Source: an uncultured Methanosarcinales archaeon
Lineage (GTDB): Archaea > Nanobdellota > Nanobdellia > Woesearchaeales > JABMPP01
Length of the DNA stretch: 39,791 nt
Assembly (NCBI GenBank): GCA_964604995.1
Contig: CAZSAD010000013.1
Coordinates: 1 to 39,791, forward strand
Reading direction: 5' to 3'
Positions 8,654-18,140 of the stretch are shown here, one piece after another. A program made the position numbers and the translations under genes. The notes beneath the pieces were generated by a model, which had not been told where the DNA came from, did not search any database, and saw only the letters and a program-made list of their open reading frames with translations. How positions within the stretch are numbered: the first letter of the stretch is position 1; the number at the start of each line of letters is the position of its first letter.

Positions 8654-8691
8654 GCATTAGTATAAAATTGTATAAAACTAAAATTGATTTA

Positions 8692-9558
8692 TTAATTTCT
8701 TTTTCCAAATGCGTGTTGAAGTGTTTTATCACTAAAACCTTTTGGAACTTTGCCTGAATCCGCATAGACAAATAATGCCGTATTAAAAACATTATTTGCT
8801 GCTTGAAATAAAGCAACAATGAAAATGAAATAAATCACTGCAACAAAAATCACAGTTCCAATTGCAATTATACCTGCTGGTAATGCTAATATTAAACATA
8901 ATATAGTTAAAATAATTCCAACTAATATTGCAATAAACTGCATTAAACCCAAACCAATTGCTTTGATTAAATTTTCTCCCCAGGTTTTCTTTAGTGTTCC
9001 AACCGATTTTTTAATAGCATCAATTGGACCTAGATTATAATAAACCATCGAAGGCACCACAAATATGGTAATTATACTCCAAGCTGCTCCAAGAAGGCTT
9101 ATTACAATTTTCATTATAATCTCGCCAACAGTACCCATTCTTTCTGCAATGCTATCTAGCATTCGAAGTATTAATCCAACTGTTGCAGCAATTAAGCTCC
9201 ATATAAATATTAAATGTATTCTTGAAAATGCAAATTGTATACTCTGAGAAAATGTTGCATTCTTGCCGCTAAACCTTTCTTTTGCAGTATAAACCATGCA
9301 GACATTAAAAAAAGTTGCAATAAAAGCAAGCCCCAAATACAAAATAAAAAATATAGAATACATAAAAGCAGATGCTATTGGTGTTGTTACTATCCCATTT
9401 GTAATGCTAGTAATTATCATTGGAAAAAGCATTGCAACAATAAATAGCAATGAAAAAAATCCTCCCAAAATAGGAAACAGCATTAATTCTTTGTCTTCTT
9501 TGATAACATTGAAACTAAGTTTAGTTATCTCCCAGCTCCTAGTAAACATATTATCCAT
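8692..9558 (-). CDS. Conserved multi-pass membrane protein (DUF6159-like)
   Basis: RSWEITKLSFNVIKEDKEL, FVVP, AIKKS..LKKTWGE motifs; about 6 TM segments. Confidence 0.7.
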   Translation of the reverse strand: MDNMFTRSWEITKLSFNVIKEDKELMLFPILGGFFSLLFIVAMLFPMIITSITNGIVTTPIASAFMYSIFFILYLGLAFIATFFNVCMVYTAKERFSGKNATFSQSIQFAFSRIHLIFIWSLIAATVGLILRMLDSIAERMGTVGEIIMKIVISLLGAAWSIITIFVVPSMVYYNLGPIDAIKKSVGTLKKTWGENLIKAIGLGLMQFIAILVGIILTILCLILALPAGIIAIGTVIFVAVIYFIFIVALFQAANNVFNTALFVYADSGKVPKGFSDKTLQHAFGKRN

Positions 9559-9707
9559 AGTTTCACCCTCATATTAATTGAATAAACTTAAAATCCATAT
9601 CATGAATATAAAAGAGTAAGAAATTACTGTTTTTAAAGATTAGCACATTAAAGATTAATAGATAAAATTAATACATAAAGATTGCAGCAATTCAAAATTA
9701 TCAAAAT

Positions 9708-11474
9708 TCATTTTTTCATCTTAGATTTGTATTTTTTAGAGGTTATTATTTTTTTAGTAAACAAATCCAAATTTTTATAAACTAAAAATGCAAAAATCAA
9801 AGTGATGGAACTTATTATTAAACCAATATAAAATAAAACAGGTTTATACCTTAATGTTATTTGTTTAGTGTTTGCTTTTACTTTTACAGATATAAGATTA
9901 TCTTTATTTTCAACAATTGCCATATTTGATTTCCAACTTTTTTCATAGTTTTGATTTATAATTAAAATATCATCTATTTTATTATTAACCAAAACAGTCA
10001 TTTTATTAGGCGACCAATAATCAAACTGCAAAGTTCTATTTTCATAAAGCAAATAAGCTTCGCCTTTGTAATTGTTAAATTTAAATCCTTCAGTTGAAAA
10101 CATCGGTATTGCGCCAACTGGAACATGCATTTTTTCATAGCAATTAGTAACTCCTGCCCCAGCTAAAATTGTAGGATACATCATATTGAATTTTTTATCT
10201 GGCCATAAGAAAATTTGTATAAATGAATTATCAGTTGTTGGTTTTATTATTATCGGCTTTTGTAAAAATATCCCTTTGTAAATAGTGTAACTAATAAAGG
10301 ACATATCAAACAAAACAACAAATAAAATGAAAAGTACTGCAATTTTTCGAAATTGGATTTTATTGTTATTTTCTATCCAACTAAGAGCTGCTCCTGAAAG
10401 TAAAGCTATACAAAATATTAAAATTACATTAAATCTTGTGGGAGCTGTAAGCTGACTAAGAACTGGTAGATGCCTTAATATTGGCCATAAATTGTAAAAT
10501 GCGTCACTTAGTGTTAAAATGCAAAATACAAACATACTAACAATTAAAGGCCAATGATTTTTCCATAAAAATAAAGATAATAACAAAAGTGCAAATACAA
10601 CAATTCCGATGTATGAACCATATTCATGCCAATTCCAAGTTTCGTCTCCCACATGATATACTCTAGAGAGAATTCCTTGGTCTCGACTAAATAATGCAGA
10701 TGCAAACACTCCAAAATTAATTGGTTGTCTATCGATTCTATTCAAAGGATTACTACTTGTCATTTCATAAACTGGTAAAAATTTAACCATTGAAAATAAA
10801 AGAGTCAGAATTAACATTGCAATACAAATAATAATTGGCTTTACTGTTTTTCTTTGGATTGAAATTAAAAAAGCATAAAGTGCCAAGAACATAAAAGTAA
10901 AGATTATAGGATATGTTGCTGCATAGAAAAACATTAGTGCAAGAAATACTCCCGAAAGTATTGAATACTTCCAATGCTCATCAATTGCTTTTAGGTAAAA
11001 TAAAAATACATAAGGCAAAAGTGCAAGTGACATATAAAGCAAATGTCCAGCATTCATTCTAAGTGCAAACCAACTACTAAGAAAATAAACAATTGATGGT
11101 AAAAATGAAGAGTAAGTTCCAAATTTAAGATATTTTGATAAAAGATATAAACCAAACATTCCTAAAATTAGATGAATAAAAATTTGAAGTTTTAATCCAA
11201 CAACTGTACCAAACATTAAAACTAAAATAAATCCAGGATAAAAAATTGGACTTTCAGGATGAGCTAATTCAACATTACCGCCACAATAATAGGGGTTCCA
11301 AAGTGGAATTTGACCATAATCTATTATAGTTTTTCTTGGTACTTCATTATATACAAAGTGTTGATCCCAATCCCCAACTCCAAAATTGCCAATATTTTTG
11401 AAAATTGGTAAAACAACCATCAATGCAATTATTGAAAATATTGCAAAAGCTAGAAGATTCTTATTTAACTTCAT
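9708..11474 (-). CDS. GT-C fold membrane glycosyltransferase (YfhO-like)
   Basis: DWDQH, IPLWNPYYCGG..LAHPES loop, many TMs, PTRF, C-terminal NQNY..W domain and anchor. Confidence 0.7.
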   Translation of the reverse strand: MKLNKNLLAFAIFSIIALMVVLPIFKNIGNFGVGDWDQHFVYNEVPRKTIIDYGQIPLWNPYYCGGNVELAHPESPIFYPGFILVLMFGTVVGLKLQIFIHLILGMFGLYLLSKYLKFGTYSSFLPSIVYFLSSWFALRMNAGHLLYMSLALLPYVFLFYLKAIDEHWKYSILSGVFLALMFFYAATYPIIFTFMFLALYAFLISIQRKTVKPIIICIAMLILTLLFSMVKFLPVYEMTSSNPLNRIDRQPINFGVFASALFSRDQGILSRVYHVGDETWNWHEYGSYIGIVVFALLLLSLFLWKNHWPLIVSMFVFCILTLSDAFYNLWPILRHLPVLSQLTAPTRFNVILIFCIALLSGAALSWIENNNKIQFRKIAVLFILFVVLFDMSFISYTIYKGIFLQKPIIIKPTTDNSFIQIFLWPDKKFNMMYPTILAGAGVTNCYEKMHVPVGAIPMFSTEGFKFNNYKGEAYLLYENRTLQFDYWSPNKMTVLVNNKIDDILIINQNYEKSWKSNMAIVENKDNLISVKVKANTKQITLRYKPVLFYIGLIISSITLIFAFLVYKNLDLFTKKIITSKKYKSKMKK

Positions 11475-11598
11475 ATTCAAGAATTATAATTACAATCTTA
11501 TTTAAGTTTTTGTGAAAAATTATAAAAATAATATAGTAGTTAATATAATGGCTTAAATTTTTATAATATTGCCCAATACATTAAATAAAACATATTAT

Positions 11599-11796
11599 GC
11601 CACGATCGCATAACCCGGTATTGCGTCGGTCTCGAAGAAGTGACCTCACTTCACACGGAAAGGGATATTACTTTGTAAGTCCCTTAAAGCTCACAATCTG
11701 CAACTAAACAGATCGCGTTGTCTCTGTGTTAAAGAGAATGAATTTCCAGAAAACCGAAGCCGTAAGGCGTTGCAGGTTCAAATCCTGCTCGTGGCG
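11599..11796 (+). tRNA. tRNA-Ser(CGA) with 115-nt intron at 37/38 (11637-11751)
   Basis: Acceptor GCCACGA/TCGTGGC+G73, anticodon stem TCGGT/ACCGA, long variable arm GCC-GTAA-GGC, T arm GCAGG-TTCAAAT-CCTGC; BHB-like junction. Confidence 0.9.
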
Positions 11797-11949
11797 TTAT
11801 AAAAAAATTAGAGTGATGGAATGAATATTAAAATAGATAAGATTTTAGTAATTTTGATGATTGTGATATGATTCTAAAATTAGTGAAAGTGACTTTTTTT
11901 AAGAACATTTAAGAGTAATAACCCCTCATTATAAAATAAAGGTGATATT

Positions 11950-12567
11950 ATGAAACAAATCATAATTTTAACAATTTTCCTAACTTTAATTGTAGGTTGT
12001 TCAACAATGTATAATCCTACACCTAAACCAACAATAAATGTAACACATATCCTATCAGGAACTGAAAAGCTAATGCTTAATGAAGAAGATCTTTTGCAAC
12101 TTGGATTGACAAGCGATTTTAATGAACAAGATCTTTTGCAGCTTGGGATTACAGATAATGGAACTGCTTGCCAAACAGATGAGAATTATACAAATATTAT
12201 AGATTTATCACAAGGGCAATATAGCATTTGTATCTACAACATTAACGGCTTGAATAATACCCAAGTAATAATTGAATTACAAAAATTTGCAAATTACGAA
12301 GCCCTAAATGGCTCATACCAATATAGCTCCTTGCATTTGTATAGTGTCCAAGGACTCATAAGTGAAAATGATTATGGAGATCAGAGCAGATTTCGTGTTA
12401 ATAATGTAAATGATTATGGGGGAGAGTTTAATGATCCAAATGTATATTATTACCACTTATGGATTTGTAAAAATGAATATCTTATCCATATTACCTCCAA
12501 AGGAGATAAAGAAGCTGAAACTTATATTACAAAAATAGGGCAGCAAATATTGTCAAAATTTGAGTAA
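11950..12567 (+). CDS. Putative lipoprotein, hypothetical
   Basis: Lipobox-like LIVGC; AGGTGA SD; internal duplicated peptide NE(E/Q)DLLQLG(L/I)T. Confidence 0.7.
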   Translation: MKQIIILTIFLTLIVGCSTMYNPTPKPTINVTHILSGTEKLMLNEEDLLQLGLTSDFNEQDLLQLGITDNGTACQTDENYTNIIDLSQGQYSICIYNINGLNNTQVIIELQKFANYEALNGSYQYSSLHLYSVQGLISENDYGDQSRFRVNNVNDYGGEFNDPNVYYYHLWICKNEYLIHITSKGDKEAETYITKIGQQILSKFE

Positions 12568-12597
12568 AATATTTATTTTTAAAATAAATTGAGGTAT

Positions 12598-13440
12598 TTA
12601 TCCCCTAACATTTGATTCTAGATTATTAGAGGTAGGTTTACCAATTCTTTGTAAAATATTTTTTTTGTATTTTTCGTGACCATTAAAATATTTATCTTCA
12701 AGTGTAACATATTCTTGTTTCAAAGAATTAATACTTGTTTCTTTTAATCCTTTAAGCTTTTCAAATATTGCTGGGTTATATATTGCAGCTCTTCCAATCA
12801 TTACCCCTTTAACGCCCATGTCTTTTACCAAATTAACTTTTTCAATTGAATCTATATCCCCATTTGCAATAATTTCTTTTCCAGTTGCAACACATTCTAA
12901 AAAAATTGGATAATCAGGTTTAGTTTTATAATCTTCATTCTTGTGTCTTGCGTGTATCACAAAAAAGTCAGCATCGACACCTTTAATAAGATTCAAATAA
13001 ACTTTATTTTGCTTTTCTAGAAAATTTTGTCCAAGCCGCATTTTAATTGAACAAGAATGTCCATTTTCTTTTACAATTTCAACCATTCTTTTAACTTTTG
13101 AAACTCGTTTTATCATAGCACAACCAAGTCCTTGTCTAACAACATCTTTACTTGGACAACCAATGTTAAAATTAAATCCTTTAAATCCCAAACTTGGTTC
13201 AAATTTTTTTAAAAATTTTATTAACTCATCCTCTTTTTGTCCTGCAAGTTGAATTTGTGTTGGAACTAGTGTATCATTTAGTATTGCAATCTTTTTCTCC
13301 GTACTTTTATTGTTTCTAACAAGACCAGTTAGTCTTGCCATTTCAGTAAAAGTCAAATCAGCACCATGATTAAAACAAAGCTCCCTAAAAGCACTATCAG
13401 TATTATCTTCAAGTGGTGCTAGCATGTATAAAAATGTCAT
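12598..13440 (-). CDS. dus: tRNA-dihydrouridine synthase family protein
   Basis: LAPLE, FTEM, QIQLAG, NFNIGCP, SIKMRLG, IHAR, IANGDI, GVMIGRAA motifs. Confidence 0.9.
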   Translation of the reverse strand: MTFLYMLAPLEDNTDSAFRELCFNHGADLTFTEMARLTGLVRNNKSTEKKIAILNDTLVPTQIQLAGQKEDELIKFLKKFEPSLGFKGFNFNIGCPSKDVVRQGLGCAMIKRVSKVKRMVEIVKENGHSCSIKMRLGQNFLEKQNKVYLNLIKGVDADFFVIHARHKNEDYKTKPDYPIFLECVATGKEIIANGDIDSIEKVNLVKDMGVKGVMIGRAAIYNPAIFEKLKGLKETSINSLKQEYVTLEDKYFNGHEKYKKNILQRIGKPTSNNLESNVRG

Positions 13441-13588
13441 AAAAATATGCTAATTTGATAATGTAATAAATCTTTGGAAAATTTATTAATTAAAAAAGGA
13501 GTAATATAAATAAGAAAAGGATAATGTAAAATAATAAAAAATGAAAAATAATTAATGTATTAAATAAATCCAAGCATCAGTTAATATA

Positions 13589-13813
13589 TCAAATCATAGA
13601 GCCTGCATCGACTTCAAAAGATGGATCAACTAATGTTCCAGTTTCTAAATTTTGAGATACTGCTTGCTCGTCTTGAGCAGTTACATCCCCAGTGCTTGAA
13701 GTAGGAGTTGTGCTACTTGTTGGAACATTCTTTACGCCACTGCATCCTGCGATGATAATAGCTGATATTATCACCATTGCTAATATTAAAGAAGAGATTT
13801 TCATTTTAATCAT
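13589..13813 (-). CDS. Small putative lipoprotein
   Basis: Lipobox-like IIAGC and Thr/Ser-rich linker; GGAGGA SD before ATG 13813 (13804 also possible); overlaps upstream gene. Confidence 0.65.
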   Translation of the reverse strand: MIKMKISSLILAMVIISAIIIAGCSGVKNVPTSSTTPTSSTGDVTAQDEQAVSQNLETGTLVDPSFEVDAGSMI

Positions 13814-14891
13814 TCCTCCTAGAATTTCCATTTCCTAACTCGGGCTGATTGGAATTGTCTTTTTTATCACCATTCCAAGATTCAGTTTTATTTGAATTAT
13901 TTTTTCCATTGCCCTGCATCCTATCTTTTAAATCTTTAAGCTCATTTTTTTGCTTTTCAAAATTCATTTTTGCTTTTTCAACATCGTGTCTTTGTTGGGC
14001 TAAAACTTTTTGTTTTTGGTCTTGAATTTTACTAAGCCTATCATCAAATCTTTTTTGTTCTTCATTTAAATTTTTTATTTTCATTTTTTGAACTAATTCT
14101 TTTTGAAAAACTTGATTTTTTGCAACATCTTCTTTCATTTGCTGAACAAATTCTTTCTTTTTATCTTTTGAAAGGTTGTTAAATGAATTTTTTAATTGTT
14201 TAATTGCATCTTGAACAGATATTTCTCCACTTTTAACTTTTGCAACTAAATCTTCGTTTGTAGTTCCTATTTCAATTAGATACTTTTCAACCATTTGAGA
14301 ATTATATTCTCTAGCTTGCAATTCAATTTGAGCTTTTAATGCTTTAACTTCATCACTATTTTTCACTTTTTCTTGAACTGTTTCTTTAATTTTTGCAAGT
14401 TCGCCTGGTGCTAAAAGAGTTCTTGCTCGGTCTCTAAAATTTTTACTAAGTGTATTTGCATCATTTTTAAAATCTACAAACTGTTTAACTAAATCCACAC
14501 TAGAGTTTGAATTTGTGGTATTTACTGATTGTATCTGTAAATTAAGTGCAGTTAATTCAGCAACAATTGATTTTAAAGAATTGAGTGTTGCACTTTGATT
14601 TTCAGTTAAATTGTCTTTGGCCAAAATTGTGTTAATTACTTCATTACCAACAACAATATTAGCAGCAACTGATTTTTGCAATTGTAATAATCTTACTTGT
14701 GCACCAAATGGTGTATTCATATGTTCAACTTCTAACTTTGTATTTTCATTTAATTCAACTGACGAATTATCAGTTAAATCATCCTCAATTGTTTGATCCT
14801 GTGTTAAATTAGCACTTTCCTGCGCTATTGCAAATGGCAAAAAAGCAACTATAAACAGCGCAGTTAGCATTTGCTTCCAAATTTGTTTCAT
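13806..14891 (-). CDS. Secreted coiled-coil/helical protein
   Basis: Signal peptide ending AIA-Q; GAQVRLLQLQK motif; K/E/Q-rich helices; GGAGGTG SD. Confidence 0.75.
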   Translation of the reverse strand: MKQIWKQMLTALFIVAFLPFAIAQESANLTQDQTIEDDLTDNSSVELNENTKLEVEHMNTPFGAQVRLLQLQKSVAANIVVGNEVINTILAKDNLTENQSATLNSLKSIVAELTALNLQIQSVNTTNSNSSVDLVKQFVDFKNDANTLSKNFRDRARTLLAPGELAKIKETVQEKVKNSDEVKALKAQIELQAREYNSQMVEKYLIEIGTTNEDLVAKVKSGEISVQDAIKQLKNSFNNLSKDKKKEFVQQMKEDVAKNQVFQKELVQKMKIKNLNEEQKRFDDRLSKIQDQKQKVLAQQRHDVEKAKMNFEKQKNELKDLKDRMQGNGKNNSNKTESWNGDKKDNSNQPELGNGNSRRND

Positions 14892-14972
14892 CTCAATTCA
14901 CCTCCAATGAATTGTTTATATTATAAATTTAGATTTTATCAAATCATTGATTTAATTTAAAGATTAGTTAGG

Positions 14973-15021
14973 TGGAACAACACATTAACTTTTCCCGGAA
15001 CTTAGCGGAACAGTACGGAAC
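14973..15021 (-). promoter_or_regulatory. Phased direct repeats CGGAAC x3 upstream of a BRE/TATA-like element
   Basis: CGGAAC at 14996, 15006 and 15016 (exact 10-bp period) plus TGGAAC at 14973; minus strand GGGAAAAGTTAATGT adjacent. Confidence 0.65.
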
Positions 15022-15090
15022 AAGTAGTAAAATAACAAGAAATAGTGTATTTAATTAGTATTTTTGGTTAGTATTTAATTAGCATTTATT

Positions 15091-15927
15091 TTAAGAAGAA
15101 AAAGAATTCTTAGGTTCTGGTTTTTTTGGATTTAACATAAGCGCATTAGTCATTCCCTTTTCTTCTTTTATTAAAATCCCTTTCCTCACCAAAGATTCAA
15201 TGTTTCTAGATAAACTACTTTTTGGAAAGCCAAGCATTAGTTCTAGCTGTCTTTGCGTAAGATGTTTTTTGTTTTTTTCTAGAGCTTCAACAATTGCTAA
15301 TTGTCTTTCAGTTAATAATTTTTTATTATACCACAAATTAGTCTTTGATTTTTTCTCTTTTTTCAAATAAAAAAAGATAATGTAAATTGCAACTAAAATT
15401 ACAATAATTAATCCAAAAGAAATCAAAAACCAAGGGGTTGACCAAAATCCCAAACCAGTAAATTCATTTGAAACATCGTAAGAATATTGTATAACAACAA
15501 AAACTGTTGAATTTGTACTTACTCCTTTTACAAATATCCTTTCACCTTCATTACCTATTCTAAAACTACCAGAGGATTTTACATAATTAATAACTGTTCC
15601 TTCGGGTAGTATTGTTTCGAAAACAAAATCAGAAAAGATTTCATTTGATGTGAAATTAAAAAGCCAATATTCTCCTTTTTTAGATGTAAAATCTTGAGTT
15701 AATCTTGAGTTTAGTGCCAAAAGATTAGATATGCTCTTCACATTTACAGTACCATCTGATGCAATATCAAACACAACATCAGCATATCTTTCAGTTTGAT
15801 TGATTTGTTCTTGATTGTTTTGCGCAAAAGAAATAGAAGATGATACTATTAAAAAANNNNNNNNNNTGAGAGTAAATAGTAAGTATGATAATAACCTTTG
15901 AAATAGCAACCTTTGAAATTTGCTCAT
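15091..15927 (-). CDS. Membrane-anchored wHTH (MarR-like) regulator with extracellular N-terminal domain
   Basis: Signal peptide, one TM, C-terminal LTERQLAIV..LTQRQLE..FPKSSLSRNIESLVRKGIL; N-terminus crosses an assembly gap so the start is uncertain. Confidence 0.8.
   Translation of the reverse strand: MSKFQRLLFQRLLSYLLFTLXXXXFLIVSSSISFAQNNQEQINQTERYADVVFDIASDGTVNVKSISNLLALNSRLTQDFTSKKGEYWLFNFTSNEIFSDFVFETILPEGTVINYVKSSGSFRIGNEGERIFVKGVSTNSTVFVVIQYSYDVSNEFTGLGFWSTPWFLISFGLIIVILVAIYIIFFYLKKEKKSKTNLWYNKKLLTERQLAIVEALEKNKKHLTQRQLELMLGFPKSSLSRNIESLVRKGILIKEEKGMTNALMLNPKKPEPKNSFSS
15857..15866. other. Assembly gap (10 N)
   Basis: Run of n characters. Confidence 1.
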
Positions 15928-16177
15928 TTGAGGTATTACGATATATTGTTTTAAAAATCTTGTGCTAAATTTACTACAAAAGTATAAGAAAGATTCATAA
16001 TCAAATTTGTATAATATAACACAAGCTATATAAATAGACCAAACTTCACAATTAATATATAAAATACATAATTGGTTATAAATTTGTATAAGTTATGTGT
16101 TGTAATACATCATGTATACATATGTGTTATAATGCATCAAATACAGTATAACACATAAAAAACAGAAGGTTAAATAC

Positions 16178-17470
16178 ATGAATGAACATAAAACAACACA
16201 TAATGAGTCAGATTCTCAAGACTCTACAACAACAGCAAAGATAGTTCTTATACCTGAATTGCAGCAAGCCGCAGATGAATTAGGATACGCTGAATGGACA
16301 GATATTCAATTAAAAACTATTCCTTCAATACAAAAAGGATTAGACATAATTGGACAGTCCCAGACAGGTTCTGGAAAAACAGCTGCATTTGGCATGCCAA
16401 TGCTTGAAAAAGTAATACATGGTGCAGGTCTTCAGGCATTAATTTTAGTTCCAACTAGAGAACTTTGTGAACAAGTTACTAATGAATTAAAAAAATTCTC
16501 AAAGCATCGCAGAATGAATATTTTACCAGTTTATGGTGGAGTTTCAATAAATCCTCAAATGGATTATTTACCAAGAACAGATATTGTTGTTGCAACACCT
16601 GGAAGAACACTTGATCATTTAAACAGAAACACAATCAATCTAACAAAAGTAAAACTTCTTGTTTTAGATGAAGCTGATAAAATGTTTGAAATGGGTTTTG
16701 TAGACGATGTACAAAAAATAATATCTTACATTCCAAAACCAAGACAAACACTCTTATTTAGTGCCACAATATCAGAAGATGTTATGATGATTGTTAAAAA
16801 ACATATGAATCATCCAACAAAAATCAAAGTACAATCATATATTGATAGTGGAAAATTAGTGCAACATTATTATGATGTTGAACAAAATGACAAGTTTTCA
16901 CTTTTAATGCACATGATAAAAACTGATGCAACTGGGCTTACAATAATATTTTGCTCGTCTAGAAGAATGGTTGATGTATTACATAAAAATTTACACAAAC
17001 AAAATATTGAATCCTTAGCTTTACATGGCGGTTTAACACAAGCTAGAAGAAGGCAATCATTAGATATGTTTCACCATGGAAAAGCGAATATTCTTGTTGC
17101 AAGTGATGTTGCTGCAAGAGGATTAGATATCAAAAATGTGGGTCATATAATAAATTATGATCTTCCAAAGACAAGCAATGAGTATATTCATAGAGTTGGA
17201 AGAACTGCAAGAGCAGGGTCAGAAGGAAAAGTTTTATGCTTGCTTTCAAGAGCAGATTGGGATAATTTCTCAAGAGTTTTGCAAGATCCGAGCATACAAA
17301 TTGAAAAAATAGCAACTCCAAAATTTGAAAAAGTGCAGTTTACCATGGGGGGAGATAGAAGGCCATTTAGGGGCAATCAACCATCTCAAAGAAGATTTGG
17401 CTCTCCAAGAGGCCATTCAGACAGGCCACAGTCTGGTGGACATGGTGGACCTAGAAGATTTGGACATTAA
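16178..17470 (+). CDS. DEAD-box ATP-dependent RNA helicase
   Basis: Q motif, SQTGSGKT, PTREL, TPGR, DEAD, SAT, ARGLD, HRVGRTAR; Arg/Gly-rich tail. Confidence 0.97.
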   Translation: MNEHKTTHNESDSQDSTTTAKIVLIPELQQAADELGYAEWTDIQLKTIPSIQKGLDIIGQSQTGSGKTAAFGMPMLEKVIHGAGLQALILVPTRELCEQVTNELKKFSKHRRMNILPVYGGVSINPQMDYLPRTDIVVATPGRTLDHLNRNTINLTKVKLLVLDEADKMFEMGFVDDVQKIISYIPKPRQTLLFSATISEDVMMIVKKHMNHPTKIKVQSYIDSGKLVQHYYDVEQNDKFSLLMHMIKTDATGLTIIFCSSRRMVDVLHKNLHKQNIESLALHGGLTQARRRQSLDMFHHGKANILVASDVAARGLDIKNVGHIINYDLPKTSNEYIHRVGRTARAGSEGKVLCLLSRADWDNFSRVLQDPSIQIEKIATPKFEKVQFTMGGDRRPFRGNQPSQRRFGSPRGHSDRPQSGGHGGPRRFGH

Positions 17471-17606
17471 AACCCAACCCACAAAGTTGATATTTCAATT
17501 TTATATTTTATTTTAACTTTTTTTGCTTGTATTCTTAATTTATTTAATTGACTTTTTGTTTACATGCACCACAACATTTAATAATTCTTAATTTATTTAA
17601 CTACCC

Positions 17607-18089
17607 ATGGATTCAAAAATTAAAAATAAGAAATTCATGCAATTTGCAATAAACAAAGCAAAAGCAGGAATTAAAAAAGGTCAAACACCTTTTGGTTCAT
17701 GTATTGTAAAAAATAATAAAGTTATTTCTTGTGAACATAATGTTGTTTGGAAAACAACAGATATCACTGCGCATGCTGAAATCCATGCAATAAGAACTGC
17801 CTGTAAAAAACTGAAGGTAATCGATCTTAAAGGTTGTACTTTGTATTCTACTTGTGAGCCTTGTCCAATGTGTTTTTCTGCAATTCACTGGGCAAATATT
17901 GACAAAGTAATTTATGGTGCAAATATTGCTGATGCAAAAAAAGCAGGATTCAATGAACTTGCAATTTCTAATTTTCAAATGAAAAAAATTGGAAAAAGTA
18001 GAGTTTTGATTAAAGCAGATTTTATGAAAGAAGAATGCAAAGAATTATTTTCTATCTGGAAAAAAACAAATAAAAGTAAAATTTATTGA
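17607..18089 (+). CDS. Nucleoside/guanine deaminase (CDA fold, GuaD-like)
   Basis: PFG, TAHAEIHAIR and CEPCPMC..AIHWA zinc motifs. Confidence 0.9.
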   Translation: MDSKIKNKKFMQFAINKAKAGIKKGQTPFGSCIVKNNKVISCEHNVVWKTTDITAHAEIHAIRTACKKLKVIDLKGCTLYSTCEPCPMCFSAIHWANIDKVIYGANIADAKKAGFNELAISNFQMKKIGKSRVLIKADFMKEECKELFSIWKKTNKSKIY

Positions 18090-18140
18090 AGAATTATAGA
18101 GATATTGGAAAATATAAGATATATTACCTTAAAATAATCA

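Noticed and set aside
11637..11751. C/D box guide RNA within the tRNA-Ser intron
   Set aside because: No RUGAUGA or CUGA boxes identifiable
11821..11871. 16-codon signal-peptide-like ORF after tRNA-Ser (MNIKIDKILVILMIVI)
   Set aside because: Too short to support; could be a gene remnant, and no tRNA-Ser 3'-end duplication was seen nearby
15893..15919. AACCTTTGAAAT direct repeat (FQRLL twice)
   Set aside because: Adjacent to an assembly gap; may be an artefact or trivial duplication
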